The notes: generated by a model from the letters alone, not told the origin. 64,000 bases of DNA from an uncultured Gammaproteobacteria bacterium (GCA_964536615.1 CAZHYG010000001.1:6200-70199); one strand, 5' to 3'; counted from the stretch's first letter, positions 37,686-48,045 are shown. Numbers and translations are program-made.

Positions 37686-38801
37686 TTATTTATGCAAACT
37701 CATCCAAACCGCCGCGATGACAAAAAAACCATGAATAAGCCAGAAACGCATCACAATTTTTTCTTCGCCCCAGCCTTTAAATTCAAAATGATGATGCAGC
37801 GGTGCCATTTTGAAAAAACGCTTGCCGATTAGTCGGCGGAAAAATACTTGTATAATTACGGAAAATATTTCTATGTAGAAAATAAAGCCTAAGAAAGGTA
37901 TAAGTAAAATACGGTTTATCGCAATGGCGTTTATGGCCAGAAGCGCTCCCAGCCCAAGCGAACCCACGTCGCCCATCTGAAAACGCGCCGGTTTAATATT
38001 AAAATATGTATAAGCGATTAAAGCGCCGACTGTAGTGGCATTTAAATATGTAAACGAAATGCGCCCTTCGGTCCAGCTTATAATAGTAAGCCCTAAAAAA
38101 GTGAGGATAAGCGATCCGCCCACTAAACCGTCAAGGCCGTCGGCAAAATTTACGGCATTAGCGGTAAACATTACAAAAAATATTACCAGAGGGATAATCC
38201 ACCAGCCAATGTATGGCGTGCCATCAAAGGGAATCCAAACCGAATGCCAGGCAATGCCGAGTTTGTAATAGATCCACCAGGCGGTAACTGCTCCGGCGAT
38301 AAATTGAAATAATAATTTTTCATGCACATGAATGCCGCGGCCCGGGTGCGAACCAAAAATTGAAACAGATCGATGAAATATTTCCCATGGCAAAATTAAG
38401 GCGTACCATAATTTCATGTGCCACTTTTTATGCACGCGAATTAAATGGACAATATGGCTAATTTTTCGATCGCGTCTTTTCTTGCCAAAAATATTAAGCA
38501 GGTCATCGGCTGCGCCAAGCAGTGCGGCAATACTCATTACGCCAATTGGAACATAGGTGTTTTCGCGGTTCCAGTTCCAAATCATGGTAACCACGGTGAC
38601 GGTTATAATAACAAGTAATCCGCCCATGATAGGGGTGCCAACTTTTTGCTGGCGATCGCCGCGCAAGGTGAAATCAAATTCGTTGCGGCGGGTAATGTTG
38701 TATGAGTATAAAAATTTTGTCAGAAGCGGCGCCCAAATAAACGCGCCAATGGCTGCAAAAATAATATAGAATAAAGCGTTTTGAATGACTGTTATTTCCA
38801 T
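37686..38801 (-). CDS. mraY: Phospho-N-acetylmuramoyl-pentapeptide transferase MraY
   Basis: Polytopic; conserved PLHHHFE motif near the C-terminus; DD motifs in cytoplasmic loops. Confidence 0.9.
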   Translation of the reverse strand: MEITVIQNALFYIIFAAIGAFIWAPLLTKFLYSYNITRRNEFDFTLRGDRQQKVGTPIMGGLLVIITVTVVTMIWNWNRENTYVPIGVMSIAALLGAADDLLNIFGKKRRDRKISHIVHLIRVHKKWHMKLWYALILPWEIFHRSVSIFGSHPGRGIHVHEKLLFQFIAGAVTAWWIYYKLGIAWHSVWIPFDGTPYIGWWIIPLVIFFVMFTANAVNFADGLDGLVGGSLILTFLGLTIISWTEGRISFTYLNATTVGALIAYTYFNIKPARFQMGDVGSLGLGALLAINAIAINRILLIPFLGFIFYIEIFSVIIQVFFRRLIGKRFFKMAPLHHHFEFKGWGEEKIVMRFWLIHGFFVIAAVWMSLHK

Positions 38802-39571
38802 ATATGCAATCTTTTAATTTCTAAGGTGGCGGCGCCAGTTGCCTCCAGGAAAGTTTCGTTTTCTGTATTTATTTTACCGTTCTCAGTCCAAATTTGTTCG
38901 GTTAGAGGTTTGTTAATGTCGGCAATAGTGATAGTGCCGCGCGAAACACCGTGGCCATATCTGCCTTCGCTAGACCATGCTCGCGCATGCGCATACGAAA
39001 TTGTGTTATTTTCAGTGGCAGTTATAAGAAGTATATGATCTCTTTTTTTCTGAGGTCCGGTTTGGAGCATGATAATTAAATCTCCGGCAGCAATATTTTG
39101 TAAATTTACTGTGTGGCTATTTTTTTCACTTGTATATACCTTAACACTGATTTGTTCGGTGGGACGGAGCCGGCTAATAAGCCAGCGCAGCAATCTTCGT
39201 TTTGGCGCGATAAAAATAGTATGTAAAAAATTAATTGACTGCGCAGCAAAGTGCGCCTGAAAAACATTGCTAATAAATCCGGAGCAATCAATGCCTAAAT
39301 TATTATCAACGAGAAACGCCCGTATTTCATCTGAGGAAATGTCAGAATTACTGAAAATTGGCTGTTTGTATTGAATAGAAATAATTTTTGCTTCCTCAAC
39401 TATTTCTTGCGGCGTGCCTTTGCCTGCCAACACTTTGAGCTGCCCGCGATGACCTGTTTTTGCGTTATTAAAATACGGACAGCGAATGCCGGCATGATTG
39501 GGAAAAGGCAGGTTAAAATAGGCATCAATTGCCTGTTGGGCGTTTTGTGAAATTTTAGTATGTTTTAACAT
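38792..39571 (-). CDS. NlpC/P60-like putative cell-wall peptidase
   Basis: GIDCSGF segment resembles the catalytic Cys region of NlpC/P60; overlaps the mraY start by 10 nt. Confidence 0.35.
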   Translation of the reverse strand: MLKHTKISQNAQQAIDAYFNLPFPNHAGIRCPYFNNAKTGHRGQLKVLAGKGTPQEIVEEAKIISIQYKQPIFSNSDISSDEIRAFLVDNNLGIDCSGFISNVFQAHFAAQSINFLHTIFIAPKRRLLRWLISRLRPTEQISVKVYTSEKNSHTVNLQNIAAGDLIIMLQTGPQKKRDHILLITATENNTISYAHARAWSSEGRYGHGVSRGTITIADINKPLTEQIWTENGKINTENETFLEATGAATLEIKRLHIWK

Positions 39572-40824
39572 AGAGCGGTGCGAATATTTTTTCCGAATGT
39601 ATTTAATTTATTATGCTGTTGCATAATTGATTGAGAGCTTTGTATGCGAAGCAGGTCTGCTCCCGGTTTTGTGTTTTGATAGGAAATTGCCTTGATAAGA
39701 GCAGGGTTTTGCAATCGCAGGCGCGCGTCTGTAATTTTTTTTGTTACACGCTGCACAATTTGCGCGCCATCTGTAATCGTGATTATGCTGTTGTCTTTTG
39801 TTTTTATGTTAAGCAAGGCAGCCAGATGCGCTAAAAATACGGTATTGCCATTTGAGTTTGCGCGTGTTTGCAGCCAAGATTCAAACATGCTTGAAGCGGG
39901 TTGGCGCGCATTTATTTCCAGCAGATGCAGTTCGCCGGTCTTTTGGTTTAAAATAACATCTACGCCAAATAAACCTTTCCAGCCGCGAGCGTGTAATTTT
40001 ACCCCAACCGCACGAACCAATTTTTTATACTGCGCAAATTGTTTTTTGGAAAGTAACATATGCGGTAATGCCCAATCATTGCCGATAGTGCTAAATTGAT
40101 TATCGGTAAATGGTTTCAAGCCGGTAATTTGGTAGCTAATATTGCCTATAATTACACTCTTGTTCCAAATAATATTGTTATTGGTAAAAACCGGTCCGGA
40201 AATAAATTGCACAGCACGCACTGGACGCTTAGGGAATTGTTGTTGCAAACGCGATAAAGCGCGCGCGTTGTTAATAAAAAAAGTGCCGCTGCCAGTATGA
40301 GAATGATTAAATTGTAATATAAACGGTTTTTGTTTCCATTGTACTTTTTCACAGGCTGTAACTTGGTGCGCAGGCATGTATTTTTTTGCTGTCGCGCCAA
40401 GCCAGGTAATCTGTGATATTTTTCCTTCAATCATATCTGCAAGCTGGGCGGCAGGGTTGAGAAGGCGCCATTTTTGCTGTGCGCAAATTTTTTCAATAAG
40501 TGCGTTATTTTTAAATACCAATACAAAATGTTTTGATGGAATTGTGTTGGTTGCCGCTGCCCATTGCAACAGCTCGTCGGTATCCATCGGCTTGTTATTT
40601 TCAACTAGTATGATATTTGAAAATTTCCGTGCCAGATCTGCGGCATAGCTTGTTTTATTGGTAATGATGTAGTAGTTAGCCAGGTCTGTTTCAGGAATAA
40701 ACGCGCGTTCAATATCCCGGCAAACATAAAATAAATGGTATTTTGTTAACCGTTTGGATATCATCTTGCCAAGGGTATTTGAGTTTACCATGGATTTGCT
40801 ATATACTAAGGCGTAATAAGGCAT
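39565..40824 (-). CDS. ATP-grasp domain ligase
   Basis: C-terminal ATP-grasp signature GLFGVDVILNQKTGELHLLEINARQ; 419 aa. Confidence 0.6.
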   Translation of the reverse strand: MPYYALVYSKSMVNSNTLGKMISKRLTKYHLFYVCRDIERAFIPETDLANYYIITNKTSYAADLARKFSNIILVENNKPMDTDELLQWAAATNTIPSKHFVLVFKNNALIEKICAQQKWRLLNPAAQLADMIEGKISQITWLGATAKKYMPAHQVTACEKVQWKQKPFILQFNHSHTGSGTFFINNARALSRLQQQFPKRPVRAVQFISGPVFTNNNIIWNKSVIIGNISYQITGLKPFTDNQFSTIGNDWALPHMLLSKKQFAQYKKLVRAVGVKLHARGWKGLFGVDVILNQKTGELHLLEINARQPASSMFESWLQTRANSNGNTVFLAHLAALLNIKTKDNSIITITDGAQIVQRVTKKITDARLRLQNPALIKAISYQNTKPGADLLRIQSSQSIMQQHNKLNTFGKNIRTALC

Positions 40825-40862
40825 AGTATAGCCTAAAAAGTACTATAAAGCAAGCATAATAT

Positions 40863-41810
40863 ATGGAAGATTTGCAGCCTAAACTTAAAGAATTTGGCGA
40901 TGTAAAAATTAATGAAATAATGGCAAATCACCTCACTTTTAAGATTGGCGGCCCGGCCAGTCTGTTTGTGAATGTCAGTGAAACTGAAAAACTGGTAGAT
41001 CTGTTGAATTTTCTTAAAAATCAGAGTCTGGCGTACTTTGTAATCGCTGGCGGCTCAAATTTGCTTATGAATGACGCTGGCTTTAATGGCTTGGTGATTA
41101 AGGTTGCAACCAATGAGCCTCCAAAAATATCGCAAGCAGGTTCTGGTTTTGAAATTGAAGTTGAGGCTGGGGTGACATTAAGCGCGGTTGTAAACACTGC
41201 TTTTAAAAATAGTTTGGCGGGAATGAGTTGGGCAGTGGGAATTCCTGGGACTTTTGGCGGCGCCATACGAGGTAATGCCGGTGCCATGGGTAAAGAGATC
41301 GTAAACGTGCTTCGCTGGGTGGATGTTTGGAGAAATGGAGAAGTGATGCGCTTAAAACCGGAGGATTGCGCATTTTCATATAGAGACAGTGTTTTTAAGC
41401 ACAACCAAGATGTTATTTTGCGCGGTTGTATATATTTAGAGCCAGGCGACCAGAAAGAAATCATGGAAAATATGCAGGCAAACCTCAAACAGCGAAAGCA
41501 TACACCATTTCCTTCAGCCGGCAGTTTTTTTAAGAATATTAAAATGCATAAATGGACAGGTGATAAAGCTGAATTACCAGAGCTTTTTGTGCAGCGAGGC
41601 ACTGTGCCGGTTGGCTGGCTTACGGAATCGCTCGGGCTTCGAGGTTTTTCTGTAGGAGGCGCAAAAATTGCCGACGAGCACGGTAATTATATTGTAAATT
41701 TTAATCATGCCACTCAAGAGGATGTGCTTAAGTTGGTTGAAGAAATAAAAGCCAAGGTATATAATAGATTTAGTGTGATGCTGGAACCGGAAGTGCAGAT
41801 TGTTCCGTAA
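40863..41810 (+). CDS. murB: UDP-N-acetylenolpyruvoylglucosamine reductase MurB
   Basis: FAD-binding domain (KIGGPASLFV...AGGSNLL) and GIPGTFGGAIRGNAGAMG motif. Confidence 0.85.
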   Translation: MEDLQPKLKEFGDVKINEIMANHLTFKIGGPASLFVNVSETEKLVDLLNFLKNQSLAYFVIAGGSNLLMNDAGFNGLVIKVATNEPPKISQAGSGFEIEVEAGVTLSAVVNTAFKNSLAGMSWAVGIPGTFGGAIRGNAGAMGKEIVNVLRWVDVWRNGEVMRLKPEDCAFSYRDSVFKHNQDVILRGCIYLEPGDQKEIMENMQANLKQRKHTPFPSAGSFFKNIKMHKWTGDKAELPELFVQRGTVPVGWLTESLGLRGFSVGGAKIADEHGNYIVNFNHATQEDVLKLVEEIKAKVYNRFSVMLEPEVQIVP

Positions 41811-41841
41811 ATTATATTATTAATTCTTAACGCATGCGTAT

Positions 41842-42201
41842 ATGGATATTCAAATTACAGGCAGGGGAATAGAATTAACTGAGGCGATAAAAGAATATGC
41901 GGCAAAAAAAGCGAATGCCCTCAACAAATTCTACAACAATCGTATTACGCGCACAGAAGTTATTGTTGGCATTAACCATCGCCATAGCCGCAAAGGTGAT
42001 ATGTTTGTGGCAGAATTTAAGCTTGATGTGCCTGGCAATACAATTTTTGCTTCCAAGCAGGAAGAAAATTTATACAAAGCTATAGATGCGGTGCGAGATT
42101 ATTTGGAATTAGAGCTAAAAAAATATAAATTGAAACAACGCGTCAATGAGAAAGATAAAAAAATTGCTCGTAAAAATAAAGAGTATAGAGTGGAGTTATA
42201 A
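41842..42201 (+). CDS. hpf: Ribosome hibernation promoting factor / RaiA family
   Basis: MDIQITGRGIELTEAIKEYAAKKANALNKFY...; 119 aa. Confidence 0.85.
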   Translation: MDIQITGRGIELTEAIKEYAAKKANALNKFYNNRITRTEVIVGINHRHSRKGDMFVAEFKLDVPGNTIFASKQEENLYKAIDAVRDYLELELKKYKLKQRVNEKDKKIARKNKEYRVEL

Positions 42202-42436
42202 CGCTCTTACTGTTAGGCAAAAACTATACGTCGGTTCTGCGCTAGTTGGAATTATAATAATACTCATCATTTCCCGGATCAATCATTCTTTAGCTCAGAC
42301 ATGTGCCGAAGTTAATTCGTTTAGAGGCTGTGTGGCAAAGCCGGGTTTTTGTCGCACCAAAACTTTGCCTTGCCCACAAGGCAACTCTTGTCAGTCGGCT
42401 AACATACATAAATGTGTGCCAGTGTATTATTTTTAA
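42146..42436 (+). CDS. Candidate small secreted Cys-rich peptide (overlaps the 3' end of hpf; start uncertain)
   Basis: Hydrophobic signal-like LYVGSALVGIIIILIISRINHSLA, then a 45-aa tail with six Cys (QTCAEVNSFRGCVAKPGFCRTKTLPCPQGNSCQSANIHKCVPVYYF). Confidence 0.3.
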   Translation: MRKIKKLLVKIKSIEWSYNALTVRQKLYVGSALVGIIIILIISRINHSLAQTCAEVNSFRGCVAKPGFCRTKTLPCPQGNSCQSANIHKCVPVYYF

Positions 42437-44730
42437 TATTTTTGTGTTTTGTGTGGCAGAAATTGCATAATAAATCATTGTGGGGGTGGGGGGAAGTTCA
42501 GGCAATTATAGCGTCTTTTATAATTTCTGCTGGGTGGAATTGGTATCATACGCCATATCGTCCGCATAGCCGTTTTGTGTTTATTTCCATAGCAACATGG
42601 TTAGCGGTGTTGGCCGGCTATTATATCAGCAAACATATATACGGTTTTTTGGTCCGCCGTTTCAATCGCCATGCATTCTGGCGCGAAAACTTCTTTCAGT
42701 CTCTTGATGGGCTTTTTTTTCATCTCTCGCTGTTCTTTTTGGTTTTTTTCTGTCGAAACCAAATTGCCGGGGTGGTATTATTTTTTTTAGCGCTGGCTTT
42801 GTTGTTTCGTAAAACTCAGCAGTATTTAAGCGGGCATCCGCACGCGGCTTGGTGGAAGCGGGTAAACATGTATATGTTTACCTTGGTAACTTTTTTATTT
42901 TCTTTTTTGATAATAGTGCAGTATATCGCATTTCGCACTGCCAATTTTGATGCGTATTTAAAATTTCATAACATTATATTATTTCGAGCTTGGGCAATGA
43001 GCATGTTTTTTATGCTCGGTTTTTCTATTTCAACATTGCTGTTTGCCCTCTGTAAAAAACCATGGCGGTATTTTGCGGTTGCAATATGGGTGCTGTTATT
43101 TTTTAGTCTAGTTCTATTATGGTGTGTCAATATCGCGATCATGTATTTTACCGGGTTATATTTCAACCCGCTCATGATAGAGGTGGCGCGAGGTTCAAGC
43201 AGTGTTATTTTTAACTGGCTAAGCCTTGTTTTAGGATGTGCGGCCTTGTTGGTGATTGTTGGTTTTGGAGTGCTGACAAGTCGCATCTTTTCTACTGTTC
43301 ACACAGATTCGTTTAGGCAATGGGTATACTATTGTCTGCTTATAATTCCAATCGCGCTTGGGTCTTTATTTGGCCTCAGTTCTTTTAAAAATACTCCCGA
43401 GTATGTCATAGTTCGTAATTTTATTGCTTATGCCAGACATACTAACAAAACAGCAGAAATTGACCCGGTCATTTTGCAAAAATTGGAAAGATTCGGTTTG
43501 AGTTACAATACCAGTACTTTTGCGGTGGCGCGCAAAGACGTTATTTTTTCATCTGATCAGAATGCTAAAACCATAACTCCTAATATTATTATAGTTTTTT
43601 TTGAATCTTTCTCCTCAGATTTAACCAGTGTTTACAATAAAGTATTTCCAAACCTCACGCCATATTTGGAAGATATGGCTAATAATTCCACTACATTTGA
43701 ATTCACAAATTTTTTTAACGCTTCCACTCCCACCATCAATGGCATAATTGCCCAGCTTTGCTCGTTTTTGCCTCCGACAGGATATTCAGAAATAGAGGAA
43801 AATAAAAACTTGCAGCGGCTGCGCTTACTGTGTTTGCCGGATATTTTAAAACAACACGGGTATGCTACCAGCTATATTACTGCTGTAAAAAAAGAATTTG
43901 AGAATAAAAATTCTATTTTTAAAAGCATGGATACTGATTATATATATGGACAAGATGAATTGGCAAGCGTAATTTCAGGCGAGCCGCTGTCATGGGGCTA
44001 TTCGGATCACCAGCTTTTTCCTGCTATGTGGAAACTGGTGCAGCAGCAAAAAAAAGAGCCGTTTTTAATGATGCTTTCAACAGTTGACACGCACCCGCCG
44101 TTTGATTTGGCGCGCGATATGGTTAAATATGGCGATGGTAAAAACAACGTACTCAACTCCTACCATACTGCCGATGATGCTTTTGGTATTTGGTGGCAAC
44201 AGTTTACACAAAGTCAATACGCTTCAAATACAATTGTAATAGCTGTGGCTGATCATGCTACATTTCCCGGTGCTGAAATTAAAAAATTATTACCAAACAG
44301 AGCCGGTGATTTAAGCTTTTATGATCGTAATTTGTTTTTAATGTATATACCGCCGGCATTTTTATCTCAGATTGCGCCTTTGCAAAGCATGGAGAATCGC
44401 AAAATTGATACATACGCATCTTCTATAGATGTGGCGCCAACCGTACTGCATTTACTTGGCGTAAACGCCACTACCAGTTTTGAAGGGCATTCTATTTTTG
44501 CTCAACGAAAGCAATTTCCTAACGTGCTCGGCATGCATGAATATGGGTTGTATATCAATCAAGAAACAAAATCTGGGCGAGCTGTGTCATACCAGATTCC
44601 AAGTGAATTGAGCTGCGACTCTAATCATGGTATACTTACTAGTAGTACGCCTCTTACTTTGTGTGAGTACATGCAATTTTATGCGTGGAAAAGAAAAATG
44701 TTTGAGGAAGGGCGGTTTTGGGAGAAATAA
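42412..44730 (+). CDS. LtaS/sulfatase-family polytopic membrane protein (alkaline phosphatase superfamily; lipoteichoic-acid-synthase-like)
   Basis: ~10 N-terminal TM helices, then a sulfatase-like domain (IIIVFFESFSSD...VDTHPPF...AVADHATF). Confidence 0.6.
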   Translation: MCASVLFLIFLCFVWQKLHNKSLWGWGEVQAIIASFIISAGWNWYHTPYRPHSRFVFISIATWLAVLAGYYISKHIYGFLVRRFNRHAFWRENFFQSLDGLFFHLSLFFLVFFCRNQIAGVVLFFLALALLFRKTQQYLSGHPHAAWWKRVNMYMFTLVTFLFSFLIIVQYIAFRTANFDAYLKFHNIILFRAWAMSMFFMLGFSISTLLFALCKKPWRYFAVAIWVLLFFSLVLLWCVNIAIMYFTGLYFNPLMIEVARGSSSVIFNWLSLVLGCAALLVIVGFGVLTSRIFSTVHTDSFRQWVYYCLLIIPIALGSLFGLSSFKNTPEYVIVRNFIAYARHTNKTAEIDPVILQKLERFGLSYNTSTFAVARKDVIFSSDQNAKTITPNIIIVFFESFSSDLTSVYNKVFPNLTPYLEDMANNSTTFEFTNFFNASTPTINGIIAQLCSFLPPTGYSEIEENKNLQRLRLLCLPDILKQHGYATSYITAVKKEFENKNSIFKSMDTDYIYGQDELASVISGEPLSWGYSDHQLFPAMWKLVQQQKKEPFLMMLSTVDTHPPFDLARDMVKYGDGKNNVLNSYHTADDAFGIWWQQFTQSQYASNTIVIAVADHATFPGAEIKKLLPNRAGDLSFYDRNLFLMYIPPAFLSQIAPLQSMENRKIDTYASSIDVAPTVLHLLGVNATTSFEGHSIFAQRKQFPNVLGMHEYGLYINQETKSGRAVSYQIPSELSCDSNHGILTSSTPLTLCEYMQFYAWKRKMFEEGRFWEK

Positions 44731-44742
44731 TTTTTATAAAAT

Positions 44743-45003
44743 ATGACAAAAGAAGGAAATGGAAGAAGCGGGGAAGTAAGAAGAAAAAATTTTAGCAGGG
44801 TCGGCTTTACATTTACGAGAGATAGGTATGGCAACATTACTGAGTTTACAGATAACAATGGCGATGCTTTTCTTTTGGAGCCTGGTGAACAAGTGGTCTT
44901 CACACAAGCGTCAGATGGAAATAGCCGACAAGTTTCTATACGCCTAACATCAGGACAAGAAATACCATTTGAAGAATGGAAGGAAGATAAATTACCAAAT
45001 TAA
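44743..45003 (+). CDS. Hypothetical protein (86 aa)
   Basis: ORF only; no family recognised. Confidence 0.35.
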   Translation: MTKEGNGRSGEVRRKNFSRVGFTFTRDRYGNITEFTDNNGDAFLLEPGEQVVFTQASDGNSRQVSIRLTSGQEIPFEEWKEDKLPN

Positions 45004-45018
45004 TTTAATACTGTTTTT

Positions 45019-45414
45019 ATGTCTTCGTCTGAGCGTGGAGGTGAAGGAGGAAAAGTAGTAGATTTTAAATTTGATGGAAAAAAAACCAAAAGTCCTTTAG
45101 TTGAAAAAAATCCAACTAGTGGAGCAATGGCCGATTTAGCCAGTTTTCGTTTAAAAAAAGAAATTGAAGAGGGTGGAATAGAAATCTTAGTAGAAAAAGC
45201 TCGAGCATTTTTGCGAGAACATCAAAAACCTGCGGATATTTCAGCTACTGCATCTATGATTGATGTCTATACAAAAAAACCATATGAAGCGCTCATTAAA
45301 TCAGTACGTACTTTTTTGATGAATCCTAATGGAATAACAGCTGGTAATATTCTGCAAGTTAAAGCAGTAATGCATGCGTTTATCTTAGAATCAAATAATC
45401 AAAAAAATACTTAA
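45019..45414 (+). CDS. Hypothetical protein (131 aa)
   Basis: ORF only; no family recognised. Confidence 0.35.
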   Translation: MSSSERGGEGGKVVDFKFDGKKTKSPLVEKNPTSGAMADLASFRLKKEIEEGGIEILVEKARAFLREHQKPADISATASMIDVYTKKPYEALIKSVRTFLMNPNGITAGNILQVKAVMHAFILESNNQKNT

Positions 45415-45421
45415 AAATCCC

Positions 45422-47641
45422 ATGTTGAAAAACATGTTACCAAAAAAAATTACAAACAAATTGGAGGTTAGGCAGCGTGTTGTAGAAGGGGAGTATATTC
45501 AGATAAAAGATCGGGGCGCAAAAATGCCCCCAGATATTGATGTTGATAAAATGGAAAAATTTGCTCGCGTTTTGCGAGGCCTTATTTTTGCGTCCGTTGA
45601 AGCAGGGCAATCTGGGCATCCCGGCAGCAGCAGCAAGACAGAGCAATTTTTGGCGCTTACTTTAAGTAATATTCTGGCTTTCAATCCGTTGCTTCCCAAA
45701 AATCCAGGCCGTGATCGGGTTGTTTGGAGTGCAGGACATTGCACACCGCTATTATTTGCCGGCCAAGCTCTCTACTATGAAGTGTTGCGCCGCACTGGTC
45801 GCCAATTTTCCGAAGCAGTTGTTAAACCTGTATTTCCGGAACATCTGATTCGTTTCCGCCATGCGGATGGTCCGCAAGGACACGCTGAATCAAGCTTTCC
45901 TTTCTCCGATGTGACCACCGGTCCCTCAGGGCATGGTTTTTCTGCGGCTGTAGGTTTGGCACTATCGCACCGTGGCGCAGGTTTGGATACAAAAATTTGG
46001 GTATTTATGGGTGATGCGGAAAGCGAAGAGGGTTTAACATATGAAGCACGAAATTTGGCAGCGGCCAATGGGTTAAAAAATTTGATAGTTAGTTTGGATT
46101 ATAATCATTTTGGCATTGATGAAGAAATAGAACAGGTGATTGCTTCGCCATACGCAAATCATTGGCGCGGTTTGGGATGGAATGTTATTGAGGTGGATGG
46201 TCATAACTTGCCCCAACTTATCAACGCATATCACCTGGCCGCTCGTGGGTTTGAAAACAATTCGCCAACCATGGTTTTATGCCACACTCGCAAAGGCAAG
46301 GGTTATGGTTCTCTGGAAAATACGGCTGCTTCTCATGGCACACCGGTTGGACATGAAGAGTATGTGCAGATCATGAAAAAATTAGGTTTTGATATCGCCG
46401 GAAACAAAAATGACGTTATGTCCGACATAGAAGTTGTTTTACAAGAAATAACATCCGAAGATGAAATATATATTGCGCAACAGTTAGAAAAAGGGGCTCA
46501 GAAAATTTCTACGGAACATCAATTGGTTTCCAAAATAAAAACCAGCCTGGCTAAACGCCCAATTATTAATCCGCTACATATTAAGCGTCCGGAAATTTTA
46601 CCACCGGAACTAGTTTTTAAACCAGGAGAAAAAGTAGCCACTCGCACCGCAGCCCAGGCGTGGATGAATTGGTTTATGAAACAGACTGCTTTTTTCTATG
46701 TTGGCGCAGGAGATTTGGCTCGATCTGTATATACCAATACTGCCGAAAATGTATATGGGCTCATTAACCGCCAAAATCCGTATGGCCGCGGCATACGATT
46801 TGGCATTGCCGAGCAGAATATGGCTATGGCCGGTGCGGGTATGACCCAGGATATTTTACCGGGCGGTTTTCAACCAGTTTGCATGTTTGGCACATTTGCC
46901 GTGTTTACCACCATGATGGGTAATGCCATAAGATTAGCCGCAATCGGCAACCAGCTTAACCCGGAACTTAAAGGTTTTTTTATCGCCCTAGCTTCGCACG
47001 ATGGGCCTGAAACCGGAGAAGACGGTCCAACACACCAAGGAATGTATTGGATGTCTTTATATAATGCCTTACCAGGAGTAAAGGTATATAAGCCGCTTGA
47101 TGCTAATGAAACAATTGAGATGCTTTTTGGCGCGTTAGAAAAAGGTGAGCCTATTATTTTATCCGTGTCTCGCCCAGCAGTACCAGTAATAGCACGAGGA
47201 GCAGCGGGTGTTCCTGAAGCCAAAGAAGCAAATAATGGCGCGTATGTTTATAGAAATTTTTCAGGCAAAGGACAGAAAGTTATCTTGGCAGTTTCAGGTT
47301 CCTATCTACTGCACAACACTATGGCAATTGTGCCTGAATTGGAAAAACAAAGGCTGGATATAAAAATTGTTGCCGTTACTTCTCCCGAATTATTTGCAGA
47401 ACTTAGAAAAACAAACCCAGACAAAGCAGCTGCGATTTTTTCTGATGAAGATAGAAAGTCAGCAATCACGCTTCATAATGGCTGGCCCGGATTTTTGCAC
47501 CCATTTTTACTTCCATCACAATACGAAAAAAGAGCCATTGGCATCACTTCATATTTAAAATCCGGCACCGTAGAAGAAGTATATGATCTGGCTCGATTAT
47601 CTCCGCAAGATATTAAAGAGAAAATCCTGCGCGCAATTTAG
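45422..47641 (+). CDS. tkt: Transketolase (with ~45-aa N-terminal extension)
   Basis: SGHPGSS ThDP motif; GDAESEEG...NLIVSLDYNHFGID (GDG-X-EG...N motif); Pyr and C-terminal domains. 739 aa. Confidence 0.8.
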   Translation: MLKNMLPKKITNKLEVRQRVVEGEYIQIKDRGAKMPPDIDVDKMEKFARVLRGLIFASVEAGQSGHPGSSSKTEQFLALTLSNILAFNPLLPKNPGRDRVVWSAGHCTPLLFAGQALYYEVLRRTGRQFSEAVVKPVFPEHLIRFRHADGPQGHAESSFPFSDVTTGPSGHGFSAAVGLALSHRGAGLDTKIWVFMGDAESEEGLTYEARNLAAANGLKNLIVSLDYNHFGIDEEIEQVIASPYANHWRGLGWNVIEVDGHNLPQLINAYHLAARGFENNSPTMVLCHTRKGKGYGSLENTAASHGTPVGHEEYVQIMKKLGFDIAGNKNDVMSDIEVVLQEITSEDEIYIAQQLEKGAQKISTEHQLVSKIKTSLAKRPIINPLHIKRPEILPPELVFKPGEKVATRTAAQAWMNWFMKQTAFFYVGAGDLARSVYTNTAENVYGLINRQNPYGRGIRFGIAEQNMAMAGAGMTQDILPGGFQPVCMFGTFAVFTTMMGNAIRLAAIGNQLNPELKGFFIALASHDGPETGEDGPTHQGMYWMSLYNALPGVKVYKPLDANETIEMLFGALEKGEPIILSVSRPAVPVIARGAAGVPEAKEANNGAYVYRNFSGKGQKVILAVSGSYLLHNTMAIVPELEKQRLDIKIVAVTSPELFAELRKTNPDKAAAIFSDEDRKSAITLHNGWPGFLHPFLLPSQYEKRAIGITSYLKSGTVEEVYDLARLSPQDIKEKILRAI

Positions 47642-48045
47642 TTTGTTTTTAACATGCTCGCAACTGCCATCACGGCTTTGTGAGCGCCCGGAAGCAGGCG
47701 AGAAGGAATTTGGCTCGGCAGAATTTCCGGACCCAAGATACCAACACCAATCGGTTTCATATATTCAAGCTCTAGATTTAAAATAGCTTGCATAACGGTA
47801 ATTCCCATGACCATGCCGTGTTTTGTTTCACCTCGTTCAATGATTCCCAAAGTTACCACCGCGTCAATATTTTCTTTTTGCAAAAGCCGTTTCACTGCCA
47901 GCGGTGTTTCGTACGAACCATCCACCCAAACTTCTTCAACCACAGTCAAATCGTTTAAAGAAGCGGTTTTTTTTGCTTCTTCCAGCATGGCAGAAACTTC
48001 TTTTTTATGAAATGATCCGCAAACTATAGCGATGTTTTTTGACAT
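47638..48045 (-). CDS. ribH: 6,7-dimethyl-8-ribityllumazine synthase-like protein
   Basis: IAIVCGSFHKKEV...WVDGSYETPLAVKRL...DAVVTLGIIERGETKH...IGVGILGPE matches RibH conserved blocks. Confidence 0.75.
   Translation of the reverse strand: MSKNIAIVCGSFHKKEVSAMLEEAKKTASLNDLTVVEEVWVDGSYETPLAVKRLLQKENIDAVVTLGIIERGETKHGMVMGITVMQAILNLELEYMKPIGVGILGPEILPSQIPSRLLPGAHKAVMAVASMLKTN

Noticed and set aside
41021-41602. 193-aa minus-strand ORF opposite murB
   Set aside because: Antisense of a confidently identified gene; no motif.
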